DNA of 64,000 nucleotides from a virus, in IMG/VR virus record IMGVR_UViG_3300046467_002136, positions 1 through 64,000 of that record; one strand, 5' to 3'. Positions 27,775-37,252 of this stretch are shown one piece after another. The notes beneath the pieces were generated by a model, which saw only the letters and a list, made by a program, of their open reading frames with translations, was not told where the DNA came from and did not search any database. Each line of letters begins with the position of its first letter. Within the stretch, counting starts at the first letter, position 1. A program made the position numbers and the translations under genes.

Positions 27775-28335
27775 TTACCCCTTAAAGCCCGGCGGGAAAT
27801 GCGGCGGGAAATGCGGCGGGAAATGCGGGGGGAAGAATGGTGGGAAGAACGGCGGGAAGAACGGCGGGAAGAACGGCGGGAAGAAGGGCGGGAAGAATGG
27901 TGGGAAGAAGGGCGGGAAATGGGGTGGGAAGAACGGTGGGAAGAATGGTGGGAAGAATGGGGGGAAATGGGGTGGGAAGAACGGTGGGAAGAACGGTGGG
28001 AAGAATGGGGGAAAGAACGGGGGAAAGAACGGGGGAAAGAATGGGGGAAAGTGAGGTGGGAAAAACGGGGGAAAATACGGGGGGAAATGAGGGTTGTATT
28101 GGGTGTAGTCGATGTTTGTCGCGAGTATATAAACTTCTCCAGCCGTCTGTACCTGACTGGCGACTGTACCTACAACCCCCGGGTTGCCTGAGGGGGCGTC
28201 AGTATCGCTCATCGTTCCTATATCAAAATTAGCTGCAGTGATTTGAGAGTTGGCGTTAGCAACGGTTTCCCCAACAATGTTGGGGACTATGCCCTTTCTG
28301 GGCTGTTCTTGGCCCTGCCCGCCATGTGTCACCAT
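27775..28335 (-). CDS. PASTA-like domain fused to a (Pro-Pro-x-Phe)25 tail
   Basis: VPNIVGETVANANSQITAANF...GTVASQ..AG followed by 25 PPxF units; tightly packed between tail-fibre and GPx genes. Confidence 0.8.
   Translation of the reverse strand: MVTHGGQGQEQPRKGIVPNIVGETVANANSQITAANFDIGTMSDTDAPSGNPGVVGTVASQVQTAGEVYILATNIDYTQYNPHFPPYFPPFFPPHFPPFFPPFFPPFFPPFFPPFFPPFFPPHFPPFFPPFFPPFFPPHFPPFFPPFFPPFFPPFFPPFFPPFFPPFFPPHFPPHFPPHFPPGFKG
27784..28095 (-). repeat. 12-bp tandem coding repeat (PPFF/PPHF)
   Basis: Plus-strand units such as ggcgggaagaac, ggtgggaagaat and ggcgggaaatgc, with synonymous variation. Confidence 0.95.
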
Positions 28336-28338
28336 TGT

Positions 28339-31300
28339 TTAATCGTCCAAGTCCCCGTGTACCAACCATTCGTCAGTTGTGTACTTGACAATAGTACAAG
28401 TACTGTATTGATCCCGAAGCTTTAAGCCTGGAGTGGATCGAAGTGTTACACCACTGCCAGCGGTCATGGTGGTTTGTCCAGCCCCATAATTGATGATAGT
28501 CATCATGGTGCCGTTATCGAATGCGACACTTGAATTCGGTGGGACAGTGAAAGTGTTAGCGCTAGCGACGTTCATCCAAATATAAGAAGATTCGTCTACT
28601 AGTGCTGCCGTGTAGGAAGCTGTTTTAGTAGTTCCTGTAGCGTGGGTAGTGAACCGACCATAGGTTTTGGAACCTGAATAGCCGAGCGTGCCACCGCCGT
28701 AATCGAAGTACGCAGTAAGATTGTTCGCATAGGTGTTAATACCGACAGCGCCACTATTGCCAGAACCAATATAGGTATAAGAGCCATTAGTCGTGGACTT
28801 AATCATGTACTCATTTACGGCGTCTTTATGGGACTTGTTTTTGATACCCGAATAGTCATACCACGACGAAGTAATATAGTAATAGGAGGTCGCGTCAGGC
28901 TGGGTTGTCCATGCGGCTACAGTCGCCACCCCGGTCGAGCCGACGTAGTCGGTGATGGTTCGCTCTTGACCGTCTCCGGTGCCATAGTAAATGGAGATCC
29001 TGTGACCGTTGTAATAGTCGTCCGCAGTCTCAAACCCAGCAGCAAGAGTCACTGTTGTGGAAGTTGCGGCTTGCGCTAGTCCGCTATCGCTGTTCGCGGC
29101 GGAGGTGGAGATAGTGCCTATCTCTAGACCACCGCCCGTCCAGTCAGCGTGGTCAGCCTTTGTCGTGGAAGTGATCCTCAAATTCTGGTTGAACTCCCAG
29201 AAATTCCATGTAGCGTCAAGTTCGTCGTTGTCGTTCCACTTAATCGTGTAATCGGCAGCACCCTTCACGGTGAAACCAGTTCCGGTAGCAGTAAGATCTG
29301 TCGGAGAAGCGACGTTGGCCAACGTGATGTTCGTGCCTGTCGTGGCGATTATGCCGGTAGCACCAATGGTCATCCGTTCTGTGCCAGCCGTATCGAAACG
29401 GATAATGTCCTCGTCGGCTGACTCTTCGACCTGAATCTTGGTATCCGCATCGGCGTCCGTGAGCGAATCGCTGCTTAAAGCGCCCAATCCCGTATCAACG
29501 TAGGCCGTAGTGGCAACCTTCGTGGAGTTGTTACTCTGGGCCTGCGTCGTTCCCGCAACACCATCAGCTAGAACAACAGTGGCCGCAAGAGCGTTCTTGG
29601 ACAACTGGAGAACACCATCGACGTAGACACTCTTGCCGGTAGCGAGAGCGATGTGTTCAGACGAGGTCCAAGCGTCAGTCGAGTTAACCCAGTTCCATGT
29701 CTTATCGGTAGCGCCCTTCAGAGTTAAACCACCGCCGTCAGCAGTGGTGTCGGTAGGTGTGGCGACTGAACCGATTTCGATATTCTTATCATCAACGGTG
29801 ATCGTTGTAGAACTAATCGTTGTTTCTGTTCCATTGACTGTCAGATCACCAGTGATTGTCACTGTGCCATCTGCGGCAATGGTCATTCTCTCCGTGCCAG
29901 CGGTATCGAAGCGAATGATGTCTTCGTCGGCTGATTCTTCAACCTGAATAAGAGTGTCACCGTCGGCGTCCGTGAGTGAATCGCTACTGAGGGCACCAAG
30001 ACCAGTGTCAACGTAAGCAGTAGTAGCAAGTTTCGTAGAGGCATCACTCTGTGATTGGGTTGTACCGGTAACACCATCTGCTAGAGCTTGAACACTTGCC
30101 GTCGTAAAGACGGTACCGGTTTCATCCAAGAAGGTGATTGTGCGATCCGCCGTGGGATCAGTAACCGTAAGCGTGGTCTCAAAGTCATCCGCCGTTGCGC
30201 CCTCCATAACAATGGACGCACCAGAAACATTGACCAAAGGAGTCGTCAGAGAAGTTGTGACAGTAACGGCAGCAGGCAAACCAATTGTTACTGCTGCAGT
30301 TTCTGAACCTGAGCCGCTTACATCTACCTCATTTGCGGTTCCTGCCACCGTAGCAACGTAATTGCCTGTCGAATCCGTGCCCAAGGCGACAGAATCGGCA
30401 GCAACCGTTGCGGTAAGGGTTGCATTAGCCAAATCAGTAATCGTGACGTTACCTGTGAGGTCACCGCCCAAGGTGATTGTGAAATCATCAACGTTGAGGT
30501 CGATGGCTCCATCACCAGCGTCATCGTAAGTTGCAGCGATACCAGTATGAGTACCGTTAGTGACTAACTGTCCTCCAACAATATCCTGAACGTTTTCAGT
30601 TATTAAGGCAAGGTCAACCGCCCCATCGCCAGCATCGTCATAAGTTGCGGTGATGCCCGTATGGGAACCGTTGGTAGCCAACTGGGCACCAGTGATGTCT
30701 TGAACATTCTCTGTAATCAGGGCTAGATCGACCGCACCGTCACCGGCATCGTCGTAGGTGGCAGTAATGCCGGTATGCGATCCATTGGTGGCCAATTGGG
30801 CACCGGATACATCCTGTGTTGCTTCAGTGAAGTCCGTGACCGCAGTCGAGGGAATAGCGATCGTCGTATTCGCTGCAGCGGTCAAACGTCCGTAGGCGTC
30901 AACCGTGTAGCCGGGAACTTGGGTGGCGCTGCCATAGGCCGCTGCGGTAACAGCCGTGACGTTTAGCGCAATGTCGATTGCGCCGTCGCCAGCATCGTCA
31001 TAGGCGGCGGTTAGATGAGTGTGCGAACCGTTGGTAACAAGTTGGGCACCGGATACGTCTTGTACTGCTTCTGTGAAATCAGTGACAGCCGTAGAGGGGA
31101 TTGCAATTGTCGTATTCGACGCTGCCGTCAATCGACCGTATGTATCGACCGTGTAGCCGGGCACCTGAGTCGCACTCCCGTAGGAAGCCGCAGAGGCGCC
31201 AGAAGCTGTAAGGGTCAGATCTATGGCTCCGTCACCAGCATCGTCGTAGGTGGCCGCTATGCCGGTGTGAGAGCCATTGGTGGCTACCTGAGCTCCAGCT

Positions 31301-33666
31301 ACGTCTTGAGTTGCCTCAGTGAAGTCGGTTACTGCGGTTGAGGGGATGGCAATCGTTGTATTTGCAGCAGCGGTTAAATGACCCTGTGTATCAACGGTGT
31401 ATCCGGGAACCTGAGTGGCACTTCCGTAAGCAGCTGCGGCAACCCCAGAGCTGTCATGGTCGATGGTGTTGCCGGTGATCGTCAGATATGTACCAGCACT
31501 GAACGCCTGGGTGCCAGTGAACTGGGTCCAGGTGATCGTGTCTGATCCGACAGTGTGCGGATCGCTTATGGATGTGACCACAAAACCCTGGCCGCTGTTA
31601 GTGGACCCGGCAAGAACGTAGATAGCTTCGCCCGCTTTGATCTCACCAGTGGGTGCGCCATCAAAGTCGGTGGCCCTCGTGAGCACCCATGCAGCAGAGC
31701 CTGACGCACCTTGAGCGGTTACGTCATAAATGCCGTTGTGGGCTCCGGTTGCCTGATCCTGAACAAGAACTCGATTTCCGGTAGTTGTGTTCGCACCATC
31801 GACGACGAGACGAATCTGGGAACCGGAGGTCAGGGTTGCCCCTACCCCGGAAGTCCCATTGTCGTAGGTCGGGGTGTTCGGCAATGCCGTAGCAGAGGCG
31901 AGGTTAACGGCCTCGTGCCAATCGAGACCCGCGATGGCGTTGTCGACATAAGCCTTGGTTGCAGCGTGTGTAGCGTTGGCAACGGAACTAGAGATTGTGA
32001 CCGACCCGAAAGTGGGAGTATCTGACGCGCCTACGGCTTGTCCAATGGCAACGGTCGGGGTTGCAGTTTCCCCGCTGTTGTTGGTGAGGGTGACACCCGT
32101 GCCAGCTACGAGGCTGGCGGTGTAGTCACCAGTTGTGTCTGTACCCAGGGCAACCGAGTTCGCTTGAATCGTTGCGGTAAGAGTTGCATCGGCGAGATCA
32201 GTAATGGTTGCACTACCACCGAGGTCCCCGGCGAGAGTGATCGTGAAGTCATCGACGTTAAGGTCAATTGCACCGTCGCCAGCGTCATCATAGGTAGCAG
32301 CGATTCCGGAATGGGAGCCGTTGGTAACCAACTGCCCTGCAACAATGTCCTGAACATTTTCGGTAATCAGGGCTAGATCGACAGCCCCATCGCCAGCATC
32401 ATCATAAGTGGCTGTGATACCAGTATGTGACCCGTTAGTGGCGATCTGTGCGCCCGTAATGTCTTGGACATTCTCTGTAACAAGAGCCAAGTCGATAGCG
32501 CCATCACCGGCATCATCGTAAGCAGCAGTGATGCCGGTGTGGGTGCCATTGGTAGCGAGTTGTGCGCCAGAGACATCCTGTGTCGCTTCAGTAAAATCTG
32601 TAACTGCGGTCGAAGGAATAGCGATTGTCGTGTTCGCCGCAGCAGTCAGACGCCCATAAGTGTCAACCGTGTAACCGGGAACCTGTGTGGCGCTCCCATA
32701 AGAAGCGGTAGAAACTCCAGATGCCGTAAGGGTCAGGTCGATAGCGCCATCGCCAGCGTCGTCGTAAGTGGCACCAATCCCGGTATGCGAACCGTTAGTG
32801 GCTACTTGAGCGCCAACGGTATCCTCAATGTGTTCCGTGGCAGCACTCAGGTTTCCAGTCGTAACTACGGTTCCATCAACATTCGGGAATGTGATGGTGC
32901 GGTCTGCTGTCGGATCTGTAACGGTCAGAGTGGTTTCAAAATCGTCAGCAGTGGCGCCTTCAAGGACGATGGATGCACCGGAGACATTGATCAGAGGAGT
33001 TGTAAGAGAGGTTGTGACAGTTACGTCGCTAGGCAATCCGACAGTTACGGCAGCCGTTTCTGAACCGGACCCGGAAACCTCAACCTCGTTGGCAGTCCCA
33101 GCGACTGTGGCAACGTAGTTGCCCGTGGTGTCGGTCCCCAACTCTGTCGCATCCGCAACGATGGTTGCAGTCAGCGTTACGTCGGCAAGGTTGGTAACGG
33201 TCGTGCTACCGCTCAGATCACCAGCCAAGGTGATCGAAAAATCATCAACATTTAGGTCAATAGCCCCATCACCAGCGTCGTCATAGGTGGCACTAATACC
33301 ACTGTGCGATCCGTTGGTAACGAACTGAGCGCCAACAACGTCTTCAACACTCTCAGTATTGGTTTCCCACGAAACGCCACCAGCGGCGGTGCTGTCAGCA
33401 ACGAGGTGCTGCCCATTGCTTCCTACGGCAAGTCGACCTGCCGTGTTGTCCGCTGTACCGACAAGAAGATCACCCTTGGCGTCGATCAGGTATTGAGGGA
33501 TGTCTCCCAAACCGCCGTAGCCAAGAGAAGTCCATGCAGTCGATCCGTCACCAATCTTGTAACGCTCGTTATCGGTTTCGTATCCGATTTCCCCGATGGC
33601 CAGCGTGGGGTTATTGGAAGTCCAGTTCGCTGCGGTGTCTCTACGGAATTGAATAATTGCGGCCAT
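28339..33666 (-). CDS. Large modular tail fibre protein
   Basis: Mtd/hyaluronidase-type N-terminus (IQFRRDTAANW..NP.L..GEIG.ETD); 10 YDDAGDGAxD repeats, 4 YGSATQVPGYTVD repeats, 2 DADxDTxIQVEESADEDIIRFDTAG repeats; C-terminal W...GDL domain. Confidence 0.85.
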   Translation of the reverse strand: MAAIIQFRRDTAANWTSNNPTLAIGEIGYETDNERYKIGDGSTAWTSLGYGGLGDIPQYLIDAKGDLLVGTADNTAGRLAVGSNGQHLVADSTAAGGVSWETNTESVEDVVGAQFVTNGSHSGISATYDDAGDGAIDLNVDDFSITLAGDLSGSTTVTNLADVTLTATIVADATELGTDTTGNYVATVAGTANEVEVSGSGSETAAVTVGLPSDVTVTTSLTTPLINVSGASIVLEGATADDFETTLTVTDPTADRTITFPNVDGTVVTTGNLSAATEHIEDTVGAQVATNGSHTGIGATYDDAGDGAIDLTLTASGVSTASYGSATQVPGYTVDTYGRLTAAANTTIAIPSTAVTDFTEATQDVSGAQLATNGTHTGITAAYDDAGDGAIDLALVTENVQDITGAQIATNGSHTGITATYDDAGDGAVDLALITENVQDIVAGQLVTNGSHSGIAATYDDAGDGAIDLNVDDFTITLAGDLGGSATITDLADATLTATIQANSVALGTDTTGDYTASLVAGTGVTLTNNSGETATPTVAIGQAVGASDTPTFGSVTISSSVANATHAATKAYVDNAIAGLDWHEAVNLASATALPNTPTYDNGTSGVGATLTSGSQIRLVVDGANTTTGNRVLVQDQATGAHNGIYDVTAQGASGSAAWVLTRATDFDGAPTGEIKAGEAIYVLAGSTNSGQGFVVTSISDPHTVGSDTITWTQFTGTQAFSAGTYLTITGNTIDHDSSGVAAAAYGSATQVPGYTVDTQGHLTAAANTTIAIPSTAVTDFTEATQDVAGAQVATNGSHTGIAATYDDAGDGAIDLTLTASGASAASYGSATQVPGYTVDTYGRLTAASNTTIAIPSTAVTDFTEAVQDVSGAQLVTNGSHTHLTAAYDDAGDGAIDIALNVTAVTAAAYGSATQVPGYTVDAYGRLTAAANTTIAIPSTAVTDFTEATQDVSGAQLATNGSHTGITATYDDAGDGAVDLALITENVQDITGAQLATNGSHTGITATYDDAGDGAVDLALITENVQDIVGGQLVTNGTHTGIAATYDDAGDGAIDLNVDDFTITLGGDLTGNVTITDLANATLTATVAADSVALGTDSTGNYVATVAGTANEVDVSGSGSETAAVTIGLPAAVTVTTSLTTPLVNVSGASIVMEGATADDFETTLTVTDPTADRTITFLDETGTVFTTASVQALADGVTGTTQSQSDASTKLATTAYVDTGLGALSSDSLTDADGDTLIQVEESADEDIIRFDTAGTERMTIAADGTVTITGDLTVNGTETTISSTTITVDDKNIEIGSVATPTDTTADGGGLTLKGATDKTWNWVNSTDAWTSSEHIALATGKSVYVDGVLQLSKNALAATVVLADGVAGTTQAQSNNSTKVATTAYVDTGLGALSSDSLTDADADTKIQVEESADEDIIRFDTAGTERMTIGATGIIATTGTNITLANVASPTDLTATGTGFTVKGAADYTIKWNDNDELDATWNFWEFNQNLRITSTTKADHADWTGGGLEIGTISTSAANSDSGLAQAATSTTVTLAAGFETADDYYNGHRISIYYGTGDGQERTITDYVGSTGVATVAAWTTQPDATSYYYITSSWYDYSGIKNKSHKDAVNEYMIKSTTNGSYTYIGSGNSGAVGINTYANNLTAYFDYGGGTLGYSGSKTYGRFTTHATGTTKTASYTAALVDESSYIWMNVASANTFTVPPNSSVAFDNGTMMTIINYGAGQTTMTAGSGVTLRSTPGLKLRDQYSTCTIVKYTTDEWLVHGDLDD

Positions 33667-33675
33667 GGTTGCCCC

Positions 33676-34122
33676 CTAGACGTTCACGGTGGAGTCTTGA
33701 CCATCCGCATTGATATGGAATCGAACCCACGAGGCTGAGGAGCCGCCATCTGCGGCTGTTGCGGAGAGAGTGTCTAGAGCAATTTCCTGCCACTCTGAGT
33801 TCGACCTGAAATAGAACTTGTTGTTTGTAGTATCAATCGCAATGGTTCCGTCAGCTGCGGATGCCGTGGGCTCTTCGGTAGTAACGAGATTGACAACACC
33901 AGCGGTACTGGCGTCAAGAGCATCGTCCGTCTTCAGGGTGTTGGCGGCAGAGCGATACAGGTTGACATCGCCAGCCGTGGAACCGGAACCCCAAGTGATC
34001 TTTCCGCCCGCATCAATCTTGACTCGCGGCTCAGAATCCCCGTCAACTTTTACACCAACGGCCTGTGAAGATGCTGCTGATAATTCATCAACAGATATAC
34101 CAGTTTTAAATTTCTGAGCCAC
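33676..34122 (-). CDS. Tail-fibre-associated protein
   Basis: D.NLYRSAANTLKTDD and DGTIAIDTTNNKFYFR motifs typical of fibre shafts. Confidence 0.65.
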   Translation of the reverse strand: MAQKFKTGISVDELSAASSQAVGVKVDGDSEPRVKIDAGGKITWGSGSTAGDVNLYRSAANTLKTDDALDASTAGVVNLVTTEEPTASAADGTIAIDTTNNKFYFRSNSEWQEIALDTLSATAADGGSSASWVRFHINADGQDSTVNV

Positions 34123-34180
34123 GGCCTCAACCGTACCTTCCTATAGGGCACCCCTCGGGGCGCTATGGGCGAATACCGTC

Positions 34181-35542
34181 TTAGCCGGTAATCACAACTA
34201 CATAGGCACCACTTGCTGGAGCCGTAGAGAAGTCAACAGTTACTGTCGTTGTGGTTGTGCGTACAACGTCTGCGATAACTGTGTCATAAGTAGAAGCGTC
34301 ATATACCTGAACAATCACTGCCCGAGTACCGATGTTGTGGACTAGGGCAAAGCTTGTAGCGCTTCCATCACCGATTGTCTGATTCGCGACACGAGCAGTT
34401 GTCGGGGTTGAAACTGTGAGACCCGTAGCCGAGGTGGCAGCGAGATTGTCGCGGGCAGCGGCTTCGGTGGTTGCGTTGGTACCACCTTGGGCGATGGGAA
34501 GGGTTCCCGTAACTCCGCCGTCAACGGCACCACCAGCCAAGTCGGCGGCGTCTGAAGTGAGGACACCAGCGGTATAGGTAATACCAGTACCGGCAATGTC
34601 ACTCTTGATGGCAAGACCGCTAGCCGTTGTAGCCAAACCGGCTACGGCAGGATCGAGTTCAACTTCCAGCTCATCACTGGTAATAATGACGGCACCATCG
34701 GACTTGACGTTGACGTTGAGTACGTCGCCGGTCTTGCTGAGGCCGTCGCCAGCGAAGATTGTGCCAGCAACCGAGAAGAGGGCAAAGACGAGGGCGGTTG
34801 TGCCGACGGTGATTGCACCGTCATTGGTCATCACCCAGCCAGAATCAGCGTTCGTTGTACCTTCTTCAACGAAGGTGAACATTCCCGGAGTCATCTCCGA
34901 GTTGGAGTCGGCGTCAGTTGCCCTGCTTGGAGCGCCAGAAGCGGCAACGATGTAAACGCCGTTCTCAGCACCAGAACCCTGATTCTTGACCAGGACCCTG
35001 TCGCCGGTAGCGAGCGTTACACCGTCAATGGCGTCGCCGTTTTCAAGGTCGCTGGAGAGGGTAAGGGCGGCAGTCGTCGCGGCCCTTACAGATGCCTTGA
35101 CATCCAACCCGGTACGAGCGGCGTCAACGTAAGCCTTATTGGCGGCGTCTAGATCAGCAGAAGGGGTAGAAACCTGTATACGACCGCTGCCGTCACGAAG
35201 GGCGAGAGTGGAGTTGGTATTGGTGCTTGTGGCGTTGTCAAGCTTTGTCTTGTCTGCACCCGACAGGAGACCGGAATCTCCGCCATTGACAACGTCGGCA
35301 ATAGAAAAGGAAACAGTACCGTTGGATTCGCTGACAACTAAAGCATTAGTAGTAGAAGTAATAGCGTGTAACGCCTTACGCCACGCAGAACCGTCATAGA
35401 CCTTGAGCACCTTTTCGGTGCTGTTGTATATCAGACGCCCCTCAAAGTTGCCAGAAGCTGGGTCAGAAGCTAATGATTCAAACCGACCATTCAGAAGTTG
35501 ATTCTGATTTAAGTCAAGATTTGTAACGAATTTAGTCGCCAT
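34181..35542 (-). CDS. Tail fibre protein
   Basis: DAANKAYVD..GLDVKASVRAATT...GDRVLVKNQ....NGVY...RATDAD; GTLPIAQGGT. Confidence 0.8.
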   Translation of the reverse strand: MATKFVTNLDLNQNQLLNGRFESLASDPASGNFEGRLIYNSTEKVLKVYDGSAWRKALHAITSTTNALVVSESNGTVSFSIADVVNGGDSGLLSGADKTKLDNATSTNTNSTLALRDGSGRIQVSTPSADLDAANKAYVDAARTGLDVKASVRAATTAALTLSSDLENGDAIDGVTLATGDRVLVKNQGSGAENGVYIVAASGAPSRATDADSNSEMTPGMFTFVEEGTTNADSGWVMTNDGAITVGTTALVFALFSVAGTIFAGDGLSKTGDVLNVNVKSDGAVIITSDELEVELDPAVAGLATTASGLAIKSDIAGTGITYTAGVLTSDAADLAGGAVDGGVTGTLPIAQGGTNATTEAAARDNLAATSATGLTVSTPTTARVANQTIGDGSATSFALVHNIGTRAVIVQVYDASTYDTVIADVVRTTTTTVTVDFSTAPASGAYVVVITG

Positions 35543-35556
35543 CCCCTACCTACCTA

Positions 35557-35919
35557 TCAAGTGAGATATGCATTCCCAGCGAAAGCTGCCGAGAATGACA
35601 CCGTTATTTGAGTGTCGCTGTTATATAATACATCACCTACAACAGTAGTGTCCGCAGTGTCTACTACGGTTACTTGCGGTTTTCCCCTTAATGCATGGGT
35701 AATAACCCACGATGTTGATGGTGATGCCTGTGTATGAACATGACGTTTTACGAAGATTGTTTCCGTACCCAAAAGCTGAACTGCGATTACGGTTGGAGCC
35801 TCTGGATCAATACAAATCGTGTTGCGTGAATCCTCATAGATGTTGACAGCATTTGGGTATTCTTGTATTTGGATCTGGTTGCCGTCAGCATCACAAATGA
35901 CTTGATTAGGAACCGTCAT
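35557..35919 (-). CDS. Putative virion protein
   Basis: H.Q..PS..W.I.H.L...P.VTVVD...F..AF.G.AYL. Confidence 0.6.
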   Translation of the reverse strand: MTVPNQVICDADGNQIQIQEYPNAVNIYEDSRNTICIDPEAPTVIAVQLLGTETIFVKRHVHTQASPSTSWVITHALRGKPQVTVVDTADTTVVGDVLYNSDTQITVSFSAAFAGNAYLT

Positions 35920-36290
35920 TAGTGAGTCACCTCCAAATCAAGAGTGAAGGTGCCTTGGATGACACGAGAAACCGTGCCACCAGCTGAAACGATTTCTAAG
36001 TCGTAAACACCGTCAGAATCAAGCGCGGCTGTCTGCGTGCTTGTCATGACAATTTCGAATGTCCCAGCTGATCCACCAAGAACGATGCCACTGTTAGCGG
36101 TGGTCAACTCAATCTCAGGAGAAGCAGATTCCAGGGTTCGACGCACCTGCATTCTGGCGGTATAACCCGTCAAGTCATACAGTAGATACGTCGAACCCGT
36201 GGAATCACTTGGGTCTGGGTACTTCAGGATGCACGACCTTGAGAAGTCGGTTCCCTGTTCGCACGTTATGTTGTAAATGCCTGCGATCAT
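35919..36290 (-). CDS. Putative baseplate/fibre attachment beta-sandwich protein
   Basis: YNI..EQG.DF...DLTGYTARMQVR...GVYDLE...R..QG.F. Confidence 0.65.
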   Translation of the reverse strand: MIAGIYNITCEQGTDFSRSCILKYPDPSDSTGSTYLLYDLTGYTARMQVRRTLESASPEIELTTANSGIVLGGSAGTFEIVMTSTQTAALDSDGVYDLEIVSAGGTVSRVIQGTFTLDLEVTH

Positions 36291-36358
36291 GGGGCACTCC
36301 TCCTACGCTTATTCATTGTAGATTATGAGTGCTGATGTACAGGGCAATTACACCACCT

Positions 36359-36574
36359 TTAGCTGACCGAAGCTGATTCTTTGTTAGAACCAACGTTCTT
36401 CAAGCCCATCGCCATAGCAACTGAAAGGGCAACCGCTACAGCGCCCGCCTTCAGATTTGCAGTGTCGGTGAACCCGTCAAAGTCAGCACCAGTCGCCATC
36501 CAAACACCCAGGTAAGCCTGGACGAATGTACGGACGGCACGCTCAATTGCATCTTTAATAAAGGACATACTCAT
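36359..36574 (-). CDS. Holin, r1t-like
   Basis: ERAVRTFVQA signature plus two hydrophobic segments. Confidence 0.7.
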   Translation of the reverse strand: MSMSFIKDAIERAVRTFVQAYLGVWMATGADFDGFTDTANLKAGAVAVALSVAMAMGLKNVGSNKESASVS

Positions 36575-36614
36575 AAGAAACCCTCCTAGGTTTGCAGTTA
36601 GTGGTCCTTGTCTA

Positions 36615-37235
36615 TTATACCAGCGGGGGTTTCTCTGTTTCGGGCCTGGGCATTTCTGGGTGTAAAGGAATATAATGAAAGAGGATCGTTTCCGCTGTAC
36701 CAGTAGGAATTTGCTCTCGATAATGCCATCTATGAGTACCGGAAAAAAAAGCTGCAGAATTTGGAGACTGGTCTATTTTTATAAACTCTGTGGATTTTCT
36801 AAGGTCATTCACGAAGCTTTTTTCTTGTCCGAACCCTACCCCGGTATCAAGAATGTGTTTTCGCTCATCATCCGAAAGCTCTTTTTTAGATACATATATG
36901 GGCCAAGATGGGATATCGCACCGAATCATGTAACTGACTGTATAGACACAAGCTTCCCGATCTATATGGACTGGGAGATCCCCCGTGTTTTTCCAATAAG
37001 AAGATAAACAGGTATAAGTGGGTTTAACGGGTTCTTCAAAAATTTTAGAAACCAATTCTTCTAAGTGAAGGTGGGCTTCGCGAAAAAAAGGCAAATCGAT
37101 CCAAACAAACCTGTTTGTAGAATCATTTGACGCGCTGGTTTGGTGATCGTAAACGTCATTATCTAAAAATTGGACGATGTCACGCCGAGTTTTTTTAGAA
37201 TATAAATTTGGAATAGCAGAAACGATCGAAGGCAT
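36615..37235 (-). CDS. 2OG-Fe(II) oxygenase-like protein
   Basis: L..HIDR.AC..TVS...WPIY...F.G....H.RE...FHY. Confidence 0.7.
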   Translation of the reverse strand: MPSIVSAIPNLYSKKTRRDIVQFLDNDVYDHQTSASNDSTNRFVWIDLPFFREAHLHLEELVSKIFEEPVKPTYTCLSSYWKNTGDLPVHIDREACVYTVSYMIRCDIPSWPIYVSKKELSDDERKHILDTGVGFGQEKSFVNDLRKSTEFIKIDQSPNSAAFFSGTHRWHYREQIPTGTAETILFHYIPLHPEMPRPETEKPPLV

Positions 37236-37252
37236 AGGCTCAACCTATACGA

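Noticed and set aside
27784-28095. PPFF matches a motif in plant/fungal cyclic peptides (cyclolinopeptide A, antamanide)
   Set aside because: Four-residue coincidence; no macrocyclase or prolyl oligopeptidase is recognisable in the window
27799-28232. Plus-strand ORFs with EERW / GRT repeats
   Set aside because: Antisense read-outs of the PPxF repeat; only the minus frame is conserved at amino-acid level and fits operon packing
28339-33666. Diversity-generating retroelement suggested by the Mtd-like N-terminus
   Set aside because: No reverse transcriptase and no adenine-specific template/variable repeat pair were seen
34110-34175. GC-rich hairpins between 34181 and 34122 genes, and at 51291-51310
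   Set aside because: No U-tract, so not called as terminators; a regulatory role cannot be supported from sequence alone
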